Source: Parachlamydiales bacterium (lineage in GTDB: Bacteria > Chlamydiota > Chlamydiia > Chlamydiales > SM23-39). Taken from it: a DNA stretch of 64,000 nucleotides. Made by a program: the position numbers and the translations under genes. How positions within the stretch are numbered: position 1 is the first letter of the stretch; every line of letters begins with the position of its first letter. Under the pieces are notes generated by a model. The model ran no database searches and had not been told where the DNA came from. It saw only the letters and a list, made by a program, of their open reading frames with translations. This document shows positions 9,132 to 18,207 of this stretch, piece after piece. Where the stretch lies: positions 248,497 to 312,496 of the forward strand of contig JAIBBX010000003.1 in the NCBI GenBank assembly GCA_019694475.1, read 5' to 3'.

Positions 9132-10623
9132 TCAAGTGTAAATTGTCATTCACCGCAAATTCAAGGTGTGCGTTTGATTTTGCAGCAAATTTCGTGTAAA
9201 AATCTTTGTCGCTCTGATCGAGGAATTTGTTCAATTCAGGGTGGACAATGAGTTTTAATGCAAATTGATTGTGGCAAAGGATCAATTTCTTCAGCGATCT
9301 TTCGATCTCAACAGCTACGCTCTCGTGGGTTTTCACAAGTCCGCTTGCTGAACAGTAAGGACAGCCTGTGTAGATCGTTTGAGATAAAGACTCGCGGCTT
9401 CTTTGGCGGGTCATCTCAACGAGGCCAAATTCGCTCATTCCCAAAATGGTGCATTTGGCAGAGTCTTCTTTCATGCACTCTTTCAGCCTTTCAAGAACGC
9501 GTCTTTGGTTTTTGCGCGAGCGCATGTCGATGAAGTCGCATATAATTAGACCGCCAATATTGCGGATGCGCAGCTGGCGGGCAATCTCTTCTGCCGCTTC
9601 CAAGTTGATCCGAACAAGCGTCTCTTCCACATCGGAGCCTGTGGCATTGACAGAGCTTCTGCCCGAGTTGACGTCGATGGTGTGCATTGCTTCTGTTCGA
9701 TCAAAAAAGAGGTAGCCGCCGGAGCCGAGCCAAATTTTCCTCTTCACAGCGCGGTCGATTTCTCTTTCTACGTTAAATCGTTCGAACATGGGCACTTTAT
9801 CTCGGTAGAATTCGATCTTAAGCGGGTGTTCGCTCATGTATTTTTGGTAGAGATGCTTGCAGCGCAAATAGGTTGCATGATCATCAATCAGCAGTCGGTC
9901 GATTTTTTTGTCGACGCAAAGTGTGACGACCCGTTTGATCAAATCCGATTCTTCGAAAAGGAGGGTTGGACGGCTCGCTTTATGGAATTTTTCGACGATC
10001 ATTTGCCAGGTATTGAGCAGTTCGTGCGCTTCGTCGATGAGCTGTTCTGTGGTTGCGGTGCCGCTGGCGGTTCGGCAGATGAGCCCCATGTCTTGCGGCA
10101 TCTCGAAGGAGCGGATGATTTTTTTGAGCCGATCGCGCATTCCTTTGTCTTCGATTTTGCGAGAAACTCCCCGATGCGGGTTGTTTGGAAGCATGACGAG
10201 GTATCTTCCGGCAATCGAGATGTTGGAGGTAAGCCTTGCGCCTTTGGTCCCGATGGCTTCTTTGACCACTTGGACAAGAACGGGCTGATCGATTTTAAGA
10301 AGTTGAGAAATGTCTTTGGCTTTTGGCGTCGATTCCATTTTTGTGATGTCGTAATCGAGGTCAAAATCCATGTCGAACATCTCTTCGAATTTCTTGGTGT
10401 TTTCCAAGATATCGCTGATGTGGATGAAGCCATTTTCTCCTTCGTGGATGTCGATGAAGGCAGATTGAATGTTGTGCAAAATATTGGTGACCCGGCCGCG
10501 ATAGATGTTTCCGGTAATCTGGCGAGTTTTTTTACGATCGAAGATCAGATCGTGAAGCCCGCCGTGTTTCAAATACGCATAGCGGGTCTCTTTCGATTCG
10601 ACGTTGAGCAAAATTTCATGCAT
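9082..10623 (-). CDS. rng: Ribonuclease G/E family (CafA)
   Basis: S1 domain GNIYRGRVTNILHNIQSAFIDI and a catalytic region with IDVNSG...; 513 aa. Confidence 0.9.
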   Translation of the reverse strand: MHEILLNVESKETRYAYLKHGGLHDLIFDRKKTRQITGNIYRGRVTNILHNIQSAFIDIHEGENGFIHISDILENTKKFEEMFDMDFDLDYDITKMESTPKAKDISQLLKIDQPVLVQVVKEAIGTKGARLTSNISIAGRYLVMLPNNPHRGVSRKIEDKGMRDRLKKIIRSFEMPQDMGLICRTASGTATTEQLIDEAHELLNTWQMIVEKFHKASRPTLLFEESDLIKRVVTLCVDKKIDRLLIDDHATYLRCKHLYQKYMSEHPLKIEFYRDKVPMFERFNVEREIDRAVKRKIWLGSGGYLFFDRTEAMHTIDVNSGRSSVNATGSDVEETLVRINLEAAEEIARQLRIRNIGGLIICDFIDMRSRKNQRRVLERLKECMKEDSAKCTILGMSEFGLVEMTRQRSRESLSQTIYTGCPYCSASGLVKTHESVAVEIERSLKKLILCHNQFALKLIVHPELNKFLDQSDKDFYTKFAAKSNAHLEFAVNDNLHLNEFLFYSTTNGQKIET

Positions 10624-10644
10624 GTTGGGGGACCTTTTTTCGTC

Positions 10645-11571
10645 CTATGATAATTCATTTATTAATTTTTTTACGAATGCCTCTTTTGCGAGCTCTATGG
10701 CCCCAATCACGGCATTGGTAAATCCTTTGGGAGTCGAATAGCCATGGCACTTGATCACGATTCCTCGGATTCCGGCCAAAATCGCACCCGGATATTCAGC
10801 ATAATGGAGTGATTGGAATTTTTTCACCTGGCTTGAATCAACTTGGATTTTATCCAGGATCAAACTTGCAATTCCTTCTGCTGTTTTCAAAAATACATTT
10901 CCTGTAAATCCATCGGTGACTAAAACGTCCACATCGCCATCGAAAACGGTTTTTCCTTCAATATTGCCGGCAAAATGGATTTTTTCTCTTTTTTGCAATT
11001 CGTTGTAGGCGATTCTGAGCTCCGATGTTCCTTTCAGCGGTTCAGAGCCGATATTCAAGAGGCCGATTCTTGGATTTAGAATGCCGCGGGTTTTTTGGAA
11101 AGCAGCGCCGATCGATGCGAATTGGACCAAATGGGTTGCTTTTGCTTCCACATTGGCTCCCACATCCAAAACAGCGACGGGATTTTTCTTCGTCGGCATC
11201 AAGGTCAAAAGGCACGGCCTTAAAATCCCAGGCAGCGCGCCTAAAATCATCTTTGCCGAAGAGACGAGAGCGCCTGTATTTCCTGCTGAAACAAACGCAT
11301 CGATTTTTCCTTCCTTAAGAAGGCGCATCCCGGTTGGGATGGATGCATTTTTCTTTCTTCTGAGAGCCAGCAGGGGGTGCTCATCCATTTCGATCACTTC
11401 GTGAACAGGAATGAATTCGAAAGGATGGGCTTCTTTAGCAAATTCTGGGGAACCGATGGCAAAAAGGGTTACCTGTGAGGGAATGGAAATTCCCTTTAGG
11501 GCATTGAGCAAGACTTGGGGAGCGTTGTCGTTCCCCATTAAATCGACGCCTATCTTAAGCGGTTGCTGCAA
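10645..11571 (-). CDS. plsX: Phosphate acyltransferase PlsX
   Basis: KIGVDLMGNDNAPQ...GNTGA...DGFTGNV motifs. The track start (11673) would overlap all of rpmF out of frame. An in-frame TTG at 11571 (or ATG at 11538) fits the conserved N-terminus. Confidence 0.85.
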   Translation of the reverse strand: MQQPLKIGVDLMGNDNAPQVLLNALKGISIPSQVTLFAIGSPEFAKEAHPFEFIPVHEVIEMDEHPLLALRRKKNASIPTGMRLLKEGKIDAFVSAGNTGALVSSAKMILGALPGILRPCLLTLMPTKKNPVAVLDVGANVEAKATHLVQFASIGAAFQKTRGILNPRIGLLNIGSEPLKGTSELRIAYNELQKREKIHFAGNIEGKTVFDGDVDVLVTDGFTGNVFLKTAEGIASLILDKIQVDSSQVKKFQSLHYAEYPGAILAGIRGIVIKCHGYSTPKGFTNAVIGAIELAKEAFVKKLINELS

Positions 11572-11731
11572 AGGCTTGGCCTTTATACTGGCCGCAAGAT
11601 GGACAGATCCTGTGGGGGAGTCTTGCCTTGCCGCAGTTGGGGCAGTTCGAAAAGTTTTTCGGTTTCTTTGCATGATGCGATCGGCGTGAATTTTTCTTCG
11701 CGTTCGATGTGCGGTTACGTGGTACAGCCAT
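11555..11731 (-). CDS. rpmF: 50S ribosomal protein L32
   Basis: Absent from the track (58 aa). Translation is MAVPRNRTSNAKKNSRRSHHAKKPKNFSNCPNCGKARLPHRICPSCGQYKGQAFAATA. A GGAG SD lies upstream. Classic yceD-rpmF-plsX order. Confidence 0.9.
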   Translation of the reverse strand: MAVPRNRTSNAKKNSRRSHHAKKPKNFSNCPNCGKARLPHRICPSCGQYKGQAFAATA

Positions 11732-11742
11732 TTTTTCTTCTC

Positions 11743-12192
11743 CTAATCTAAATCTTTAAAAGGAAAATGAGTCTTTTCTTTTTTAGACTTAAGGAAGGGG
11801 GCCATTAGGTCTCTTCCTGCGCATTTTCCACCGTTGCATTCAACGGTTCTCGGCAGCTCGATGAGCAAGGCTTCTCTTAGCGCTTCGCTAAAGTCGAAGA
11901 TTGCGCCTTTGATCTCCTCGATCGGCACGGTATGGGTTAAATTGTCTACTTTCAAAGGGACTTTGATCATCTCGTTGCAAACAGAGCAAGGCATTAACAC
12001 TGAGGTAGAAGCTTTTGTCAGATGAACAATTAAAAATTCATCGGTCAAATAGGTTTCGCCTTTGGCAATGACTTCGCTATGAAATTTGAGTTCAGGTTCA
12101 TCCGGCCCCAGGAATTCTGGAGCTTCATGCAAATCAATTTTTTGAACCTGACCGCCTTTCAGACGATCAATCAGTATTTTAAAAGCCGACAT
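11743..12192 (-). CDS. yceD: DUF177/YceD-family protein
   Basis: CSVCNEM...ECNGGKC cysteine pairs, and it lies immediately upstream of rpmF. Confidence 0.75.
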   Translation of the reverse strand: MSAFKILIDRLKGGQVQKIDLHEAPEFLGPDEPELKFHSEVIAKGETYLTDEFLIVHLTKASTSVLMPCSVCNEMIKVPLKVDNLTHTVPIEEIKGAIFDFSEALREALLIELPRTVECNGGKCAGRDLMAPFLKSKKEKTHFPFKDLD

Positions 12193-12312
12193 ACGTAAGA
12201 TCAGAGTTTACGCGATAGAAAGGATAAAAATCTACAAAAGATAGGAAGAAAAGCTGGATGGAATATTGATCCTACTCGATTTGTGATCGCTTTTGCCTAA
12301 TAGTTAGTGGTT

Positions 12313-12343
12313 TGCATTTTTAGGTTGATTTCCTAAAAATGCA
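12313..12343 (+). promoter_or_regulatory. Perfect 12-bp inverted repeat 15 nt upstream of the ATPase start
   Basis: tgcatttttagg-ttgattt-cctaaaaatgca. Candidate operator or 5' hairpin. Confidence 0.3.
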
Positions 12344-12358
12344 GTGTAAAATTAGGAT

Positions 12359-13513
12359 ATGTTTGAAAGAATGCTTGTTCCTCCTGATTCTCAACAGAGT
12401 TACTTCCTTTTCGGTCCTCGTGGGACTGGAAAGACTAATTGGGTTAAGTCATTCTATAAGAATGCCTTATATCTTGATTTGCTCGAGTCGGGGCTCTATA
12501 CAAATTTATTGGCAAGGCCTAGCTTATTAGAGGAATTGATTCCGCCTCATTTCTCTGATTGGATTGTCATTGATGAGATTCAAAGAGTGCCGGAGCTTCT
12601 GAATGAAATTCATCGACTGATCGAAAGCAAACATCTTAGGTTCATTCTGACGGGTTCAAGCGCTCGGGGACTCAGGAAGCAAGGAGCCAACCTGTTGGGA
12701 GGAAGGGCCAGAATGGAGCGCATGCATCCTCTCACCGCGATTGAACTTGGCGATACCTTTGATTTGAAAAAAGCCCTTCAAAGCGGGCTTATGCCCGTCA
12801 TATGGAATCGCAATGAAGACGCGCGTCTTTATTTAGAAGGGTATTTAGGAGTTTATCTACAACAAGAAGTGGCTCAGGAGGGAATTGTCCGTCAATTGGG
12901 AGATTTTGCTCGGTTTTTAAAGATCGCAAGCCTATCCCAAGGGCAGCCCATCAATCTCTCCAACATCTCGCGTGAAGTTGGACTTCCTCGCGACCGAGTG
13001 GCAGGTTATTTCCAAATTGTAGAAGATTTACTCATTGCAATACACATTCCTCCCTTTACTCGCAGATCTCAACGCAGGCTTATTATGCATCCTAAATTCT
13101 ATTTTTTCGATGCAGGTTTATTCCGAGCAATTAGACCTCTAGGCCCTCTCGATAGCGATGCTGAAATTGATGGAGCAGGGCTCGAAACACTTCTTCTTCA
13201 AAATATACGAGCCATCAACGACAACCTGCACCTTCATTACGATATTCATTTTTGGAGAACTGCTTCTGGCTTAGAAGTAGATTTTATTCTTTATGGTCCG
13301 AACGGACTGCATGCGATCGAAGTTAAACGATCGCGCACAATTGGAAAACATGATCTTACAGCACTCGAAGCATTCAAAAAAGAATACCCGGAAGCGATTT
13401 GTTGGATGGTTTTTGGCGGTGATCGGAATCAATATTTCGATTCAATTACAGCCGTTCCTTTTCAAGATTTCCTCTTTTCTCTACGAGAAATTCTTCCCGC
13501 TAAAAAAGGATAA
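12359..13513 (+). CDS. AAA+ ATPase, DUF4143-type
   Basis: Walker A GPRGTGKTN, Walker B VIDEIQ. The C-terminal region resembles the DUF4143 nuclease-like module. Confidence 0.8.
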   Translation: MFERMLVPPDSQQSYFLFGPRGTGKTNWVKSFYKNALYLDLLESGLYTNLLARPSLLEELIPPHFSDWIVIDEIQRVPELLNEIHRLIESKHLRFILTGSSARGLRKQGANLLGGRARMERMHPLTAIELGDTFDLKKALQSGLMPVIWNRNEDARLYLEGYLGVYLQQEVAQEGIVRQLGDFARFLKIASLSQGQPINLSNISREVGLPRDRVAGYFQIVEDLLIAIHIPPFTRRSQRRLIMHPKFYFFDAGLFRAIRPLGPLDSDAEIDGAGLETLLLQNIRAINDNLHLHYDIHFWRTASGLEVDFILYGPNGLHAIEVKRSRTIGKHDLTALEAFKKEYPEAICWMVFGGDRNQYFDSITAVPFQDFLFSLREILPAKKG

Positions 13514-13768
13514 GAGACTGTCAAAGAATAAAGTAAAGCATTTGATGGTTTTTTAAATTCGCATCACGCCAAAAATTATTAGTATTGCTGCTTCTAGAAG
13601 TTATATATGCCTGCAATTCTGCCCCCTAAATATGACAATGTATCAAATAGTTTAAGATAGTACGGTTCAAATGTAGCAAACCAATGTTTATTAGGGAGGT
13701 CCATTTTGAATGAAATCGGTAAAGAGATTTCGTAACCATAATTCCCACGATAAAAAACGTTTTCAGAA

Positions 13769-14860
13769 CTATCTTGATATTTGCAAGATAGCTTCAGCTG
13801 CTTCCCTAGACGCAGAGCTACGTCCTAAGATGTTTTGTACTGTTTGGCACGCGTTTAGGCAGCGGGCTCGCGCGCCTGGATCGTTGAGAAGCTTCTCAGC
13901 CCAAAAAAAGAGTTTGGCTTCTGTAAAATTAGGGCCGAATAATTCTGGAAATACCGCATCGCCTGCCACGATGTTGGGAAGGGCGTAGAAGGGTAGGTCG
14001 ATATGAAAAATTTTTTGAGCGAGAAATAGATCGAGCTGTCTGATCGCAAAACAGACCACTGTCGGTGTTCCATGAAGGGCCAGCTCGAGTGTAACCGTCC
14101 CCGAAGTGGCTAAAGCAAGCCGGCAGGAGCGCATCAGTTCGTAGCTATCTTCGGGAGGGACGATGATGGCATCGCCAGCATCGATAGGATATTGAGTTTT
14201 TGAGATGGCGATTTGGAGGCTTGGGTCGAGGGCTTTGAGCCTTCTCGCGATTTTGAGCTGCAGAGGGAGATTGCGCTCAATCTCAGTTTTTCGGCTGCCC
14301 GGGAAAATAGCCAGGATTTTTCCGGAAAACTTGCCGGTTGGCTTGAATTGGGAAATGGGAAGCGCGAGGGGATGGCCCACATACTGCACATTCAATGATG
14401 TATTGGCAAAGCAGGCCTTTTCAAAGGGGAAAAGAGTGAGGAGCAGATCGAGGTTTTGCGCCATGAGCGGGATCCGCTTTTTGCCCCATGCCCAAACGGT
14501 CGGACAGATGAAATGGATCAATTTGCCTTGGTAACCTTTTTTGCGAAGAGAGCGCTCGAGTCTGAGGTGAAGTCCTGGGTAGTCAATGAAGACAGCGGCT
14601 TTGGGCTGCAGTTTTAGGATCTTGTTCCGGATAGAGAAAAACATCCAGATCAATTTAGGCAGCGCTGGGAGAATGTCGATAAACCCCATCACTTTGAGCG
14701 ATTCCATGCGGAAAAAGCTCTGGATGGGAAGTTTTCTCATTTCGGGGCCTGCGACAGCACCGATTTTGAGATCGGGACGCATTTTGAGAAGTTCTGCGAT
14801 CAGCTTTGCGCCATTGATGTCGCCGCTCATCTCTCCTGTTGCTACAAACAAATCGATCAT
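13769..14860 (-). CDS. lpxB: Lipid-A-disaccharide synthase
   Basis: N-terminal ATGEMSGD. Length and layout are typical of LpxB (GT19). Confidence 0.85.
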   Translation of the reverse strand: MIDLFVATGEMSGDINGAKLIAELLKMRPDLKIGAVAGPEMRKLPIQSFFRMESLKVMGFIDILPALPKLIWMFFSIRNKILKLQPKAAVFIDYPGLHLRLERSLRKKGYQGKLIHFICPTVWAWGKKRIPLMAQNLDLLLTLFPFEKACFANTSLNVQYVGHPLALPISQFKPTGKFSGKILAIFPGSRKTEIERNLPLQLKIARRLKALDPSLQIAISKTQYPIDAGDAIIVPPEDSYELMRSCRLALATSGTVTLELALHGTPTVVCFAIRQLDLFLAQKIFHIDLPFYALPNIVAGDAVFPELFGPNFTEAKLFFWAEKLLNDPGARARCLNACQTVQNILGRSSASREAAEAILQISR

Positions 14861-14903
14861 GCTAAATTTTCCCGCTCATTTATTTTAGCAAATTGGAGAA
14901 ATT

Positions 14904-15251
14904 ATGGCTTTACCTGTGAGTTTTGATCGTACTTCTGCTTCTGCGGCCCAGTCTACGCTTCCTCCCGCAAACGATGCTGTTGAGAAGGTAAAAAGGGTAA
15001 AAGCAAACACATGCATGTATCGTAATGCTGAAACTAATTTAAGATGTAGAAGGTATGCCTTTTCATTTGATCCATGCAAATGTTCAAAGATATTTTGCAG
15101 AGAACACAAATTCCCTTTTCAACATAAATGCACATTCAATCACCGTAAAGCCTATCAGGAGCAATTAAGGAGAAAACTTATGGGAGAGCCCGATGAACTG
15201 AAGGTAAATCGAGAGCATAAGGATCTCCCTCCCGAAAATGGGGCCTGCTAA
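14904..15251 (+). CDS. Small protein with an AN1-type zinc finger
   Basis: C-K-C-SKIF-C-RE-H-KFPFQ-H-K-C exactly fits the AN1 second half, C-x(1-2)-C-x4-C-x2-H-x5-H-x-C. GGAGA SD 5 nt upstream. Confidence 0.7.
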   Translation: MALPVSFDRTSASAAQSTLPPANDAVEKVKRVKANTCMYRNAETNLRCRRYAFSFDPCKCSKIFCREHKFPFQHKCTFNHRKAYQEQLRRKLMGEPDELKVNREHKDLPPENGAC

Positions 15252-16003
15252 GTTTTTAGGTGAGACAGAATCCAAGAAACGCCCTGCTTGAAGATTTCAG
15301 GCGGGGTGCCATGCCCCATTTGCCCAACCGATGGATAAATCTGTAAATCCACCTGCGCAGTTCTCGTTTTCTTCCTGGCGACGAGTTCCATAGCAAAATC
15401 AAAACACTCTTTTGTGCCAACCCGAGTATCTTCATTTCCAATGAAAAGTTTGATGTGGCGGTCTCCCAATGCATCGGCAAGATGGAATAGATCGAGGCTA
15501 TTTGCGATCGGGTTATGCTGAATTTCCCGGAATTCTCGGATGTAACGGAGTTGTGTTAAAGGCGCAAAGCAGGCTAAATTGCGAAAACGAGAGTCGCGCG
15601 CAGCCAGGTGCGCAGCAATCATCGCTCCTCTAGAAAGTCCGGCCGTTGACATTTTGCTTGAATCGGCAAATTGTTCCTTGATCGCAAAGTCGACTGCCTC
15701 TTGCACTTGATCTAAAAATTCGGCGATCCGGTTTTGTCCGTTTTGCATATCGTCTGCCCAAATTTTCATCGCATCTTTAGCGGGCAAATCATTTTCATGG
15801 CCTGGCAGGGTCATGGAAAAAATCCGGACCATTTCTCCTTGAAGAAATTGGACGGGCTGGTTGAATGGATCAAGACATAAGCTGTCTGGGCCTGATATCG
15901 CAAAGTAAAAGAGGGCGGGGAGAGGGCCATGATCGAGAGCGGGCCCTGTATGGTAGAGGGTGATATCGGGAGCAACGCTAAGCGCATTACACCGGTTTTT
16001 CAT
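15248..16003 (-). CDS. Alpha/beta hydrolase (carboxylesterase/dienelactone hydrolase-like)
   Basis: Nucleophile elbow GLSRGA and a C-terminal His (GQMGHG). The start is probably MKNRC at 16003. The track start at 16075 overlaps pcnB. Confidence 0.7.
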   Translation of the reverse strand: MKNRCNALSVAPDITLYHTGPALDHGPLPALFYFAISGPDSLCLDPFNQPVQFLQGEMVRIFSMTLPGHENDLPAKDAMKIWADDMQNGQNRIAEFLDQVQEAVDFAIKEQFADSSKMSTAGLSRGAMIAAHLAARDSRFRNLACFAPLTQLRYIREFREIQHNPIANSLDLFHLADALGDRHIKLFIGNEDTRVGTKECFDFAMELVARKKTRTAQVDLQIYPSVGQMGHGTPPEIFKQGVSWILSHLKT

Positions 16004-17234
16004 CGCTCTTTCTTCTCCGGCGTCTTCTTCTTCTCCGTCTTGGATGAGGAGCTTCGATTGGCTCGTGAGAGGCAAAAGAGGCTTCGGTCCAAACAGTGTA
16101 GTGCGAAAGAAGTTCTGGATTGATTCCTGCTCGCAGCTTCAGAAGATGCAGCGCGTATGGGAAAAAGGCATCGCGAGGCGGTTTTGGACGGCGCAATTTG
16201 CCATCCAGCGGGATCAATCGGAATTGCGAAGTCATAATGAATCCCATGATCCCTCGCATTCTGCGCGGTATGCTGAAGAATGGATGGAAAATTTGATCGA
16301 TTGTCCGATGAGCCATCTCGGCAATTTGACCTAAGTGGAGAGGCCTGTCCTCTCTTTTGTTTCTCTCGGTGACATTTTCTTGAAAAAGCGGGAAAATAAG
16401 CGCGGCGAGCAAAAGCGATCGATCGAAAGAGGTGTTTTTGCGCACTTCATCATCAATCGAACCAAGAAGCTGCAAAGCTTGGTTGTTGGGTTTATCAAGA
16501 AACGCTGCGAGCGGCTGCGAAAGCGCTTTTAAGAGGCCATATTCATTGAGCAGGTGGAAAAAGGCCTTTGATGAACCTGATTCCAGCATGCGCAGGAGCT
16601 CTTCAAAAATGCGCGCTTGCGAACTTTTTAAAATCTCACCCTTGCAATTGAGCAGCGCTTCAAATGTGGGATGATGGATCTCAAAATTGAAACGGGCGCA
16701 AAATTTGATCAGCCGGATCATCCGGACTGGGTCTTGGATGAAACGGACATCGGGTTTGCCGATTGTGCGGAGGATCTTTTTCTCAATATCTGGATAGCCA
16801 TCGACATAGTCGATCACTTTTTGGCTTTCAGGATCATAAAAAAGTCCGTTGATCGTAAAATCTCTGCGCAAAACGTCTTGCTCTTCCGAACCCCACTCAT
16901 TGTCGCGGACAATAAGCCCCGCTTCTTCAGTGGCGCCGGAACGAAATGTTGAAACTTCGATCACCTTTTGGCCAAACCGGATGTGGGCTAGTCGAAATCG
17001 TCTGCCAATGAGGATGGCGTTGCGGAAAAGAGCTTTAATCTCTTCTGGCCTTGCCGATGTCGATACGTCGAAATCTTTAGGGCGGGTTCCGAGTAAAAGG
17101 TCGCGCACTCCGCCGCCGACCAAATAGGCGGTATGGCCTGCTTGACGCAGCTTTTGGATCACGTAAAAGGCGTGGCTGTCAATTTTGTCGGGAGCGATCT
17201 TGTGCTCATCGACGTGGTAAATTTTTGGTTGCAA
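15987..17234 (-). CDS. pcnB: Poly(A) polymerase / tRNA nucleotidyltransferase family
   Basis: AYLVGGGVRDLLLG..KDFDV motif. TTG start. The C-terminus has 10 consecutive Arg residues (16011-16040). Confidence 0.85.
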   Translation of the reverse strand: MQPKIYHVDEHKIAPDKIDSHAFYVIQKLRQAGHTAYLVGGGVRDLLLGTRPKDFDVSTSARPEEIKALFRNAILIGRRFRLAHIRFGQKVIEVSTFRSGATEEAGLIVRDNEWGSEEQDVLRRDFTINGLFYDPESQKVIDYVDGYPDIEKKILRTIGKPDVRFIQDPVRMIRLIKFCARFNFEIHHPTFEALLNCKGEILKSSQARIFEELLRMLESGSSKAFFHLLNEYGLLKALSQPLAAFLDKPNNQALQLLGSIDDEVRKNTSFDRSLLLAALIFPLFQENVTERNKREDRPLHLGQIAEMAHRTIDQIFHPFFSIPRRMRGIMGFIMTSQFRLIPLDGKLRRPKPPRDAFFPYALHLLKLRAGINPELLSHYTVWTEASFASHEPIEAPHPRRRRRRRRRRKSDEKPV

Positions 17235-17290
17235 GTCTAATTTCTCTAAAATATTGCCAGCCTAAAGTATAAAGCTTAAATCGTCAAGGC

Positions 17291-17321
17291 ACAAGGCAAA
17301 AGCTCCTGTTCAAAAAAAAGT
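17291..17321. repeat. Direct repeat copy 1 (acaaggcaaaagctcctgttcaaaaaaaagt)
   Basis: Matches 19938..19969 with 1 substitution and 1 extra A. It lies 57 nt upstream of the pcnB start. Confidence 0.85.
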
Positions 17322-17355
17322 TACATTCTCGGTATGGCCGCGTATGGTATAGATC

Positions 17356-18207
17356 TCAGGAATTTTTAGCGAATTTTTCAAGAGTTTCCTTTGCTGTCGC
17401 TTGTAGCTTTTGCCATTCGGCATTATCGAGTATGCCTTTATATTCTGCTGTTTTAAATGGGGTGGCCCGAATCTGCGTATAGAATTTTCTTAAGGCATCG
17501 ACTTGCTGTTTCGTAAGCCCAATTTTCTCTACGAACCCATCCATGAAATCGTCAAGGTCGCTGTACATGAATAAACCATCGTACATATCTCTTGGTGTGG
17601 AGAAGAACGTTTCGCTTTGATCTACCCAGCTTCTCTTCTGATTCTCTGTATCAGAATATTTAAAAATCCAGTAAAGAATAGAATCGAGCCAGTCTTCTTG
17701 ATTTTCTGATTCATATTTCATCTTTGCAAAAGCGTCTAATACTTTTTGCGCCATTCTTTGAATTTTTTGCCACTCGGGATCAGACAACATTTTTTTTCCA
17801 TCAAGCATAGGAGGATTTGTGGGGGCGTAGACCTCAGGATTGTCTCCATAACTATCAAGAGCTCGAATCAATTTGGATATCTTGCGTTTCTGTTTCCAAG
17901 AAAGGCCTAGCTCATTAGCTTTTTTAATAAATTCAACAACTGCTGAATCATCAAACAAACTGCACATGATTTCGCCAAAGTCACAAGGCTTATGGATTTC
18001 AAATTTGACCCAGGCTCTTTCTTGATAATCCGCACTTGCAATTTCTTTAACGCATGAGATAATATTGTTTATCCAGAGATTTCTTTTCATAATGTTTTCT
18101 TGATTAAGGTCTTGTCCATTGAACTTAAATTCTTCTAAAGGGATGTATACTTCTTCCGATTTTCGGTTATATTTCATGTGTTTCTCATCAAATTTACTTC
18201 CATTCAT
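17356..18207 (-). CDS. Immunity-like protein with two tandem homologous domains (function unknown)
   Basis: 283-aa ORF overlapping the upstream stop. Domains aa ~40-166 and ~170-283 both end in (D/N)xEWQK(I/L)Q..A...L..FAK. The first 32 aa copy the upstream protein's tail. An alternative start is M40 at 18090. Confidence 0.6.
   Translation of the reverse strand: MNGSKFDEKHMKYNRKSEEVYIPLEEFKFNGQDLNQENIMKRNLWINNIISCVKEIASADYQERAWVKFEIHKPCDFGEIMCSLFDDSAVVEFIKKANELGLSWKQKRKISKLIRALDSYGDNPEVYAPTNPPMLDGKKMLSDPEWQKIQRMAQKVLDAFAKMKYESENQEDWLDSILYWIFKYSDTENQKRSWVDQSETFFSTPRDMYDGLFMYSDLDDFMDGFVEKIGLTKQQVDALRKFYTQIRATPFKTAEYKGILDNAEWQKLQATAKETLEKFAKNS

Noticed and set aside
9682-10650. 322-aa plus-strand ORF, together with other long antisense ORFs such as 5830..6306, 8286..8789, 37482..37964 and 41948..42409.
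   Set aside because: All are antisense to genes with strong family signatures (RNase G, M16 protease, GPAT, OMP, aas). They are typical shadow ORFs.
13710-13988. 92-aa ORF with an AGGGAGG-like sequence upstream, in the 255-bp gap after the ATPase gene.
   Set aside because: Two thirds of it is antisense to the lpxB 3' end and it has no motif. The gap 13514-13768 otherwise shows no convincing RNA or repeat structure.
15248-16075. The long start (16075) of the alpha/beta hydrolase ORF, giving an acidic N-terminal extension (GEEEDAGEER).
   Set aside because: The extension is the alternative frame of the pcnB poly-Arg tail. The ATG at 16003 (MKNRC) is the more plausible start.
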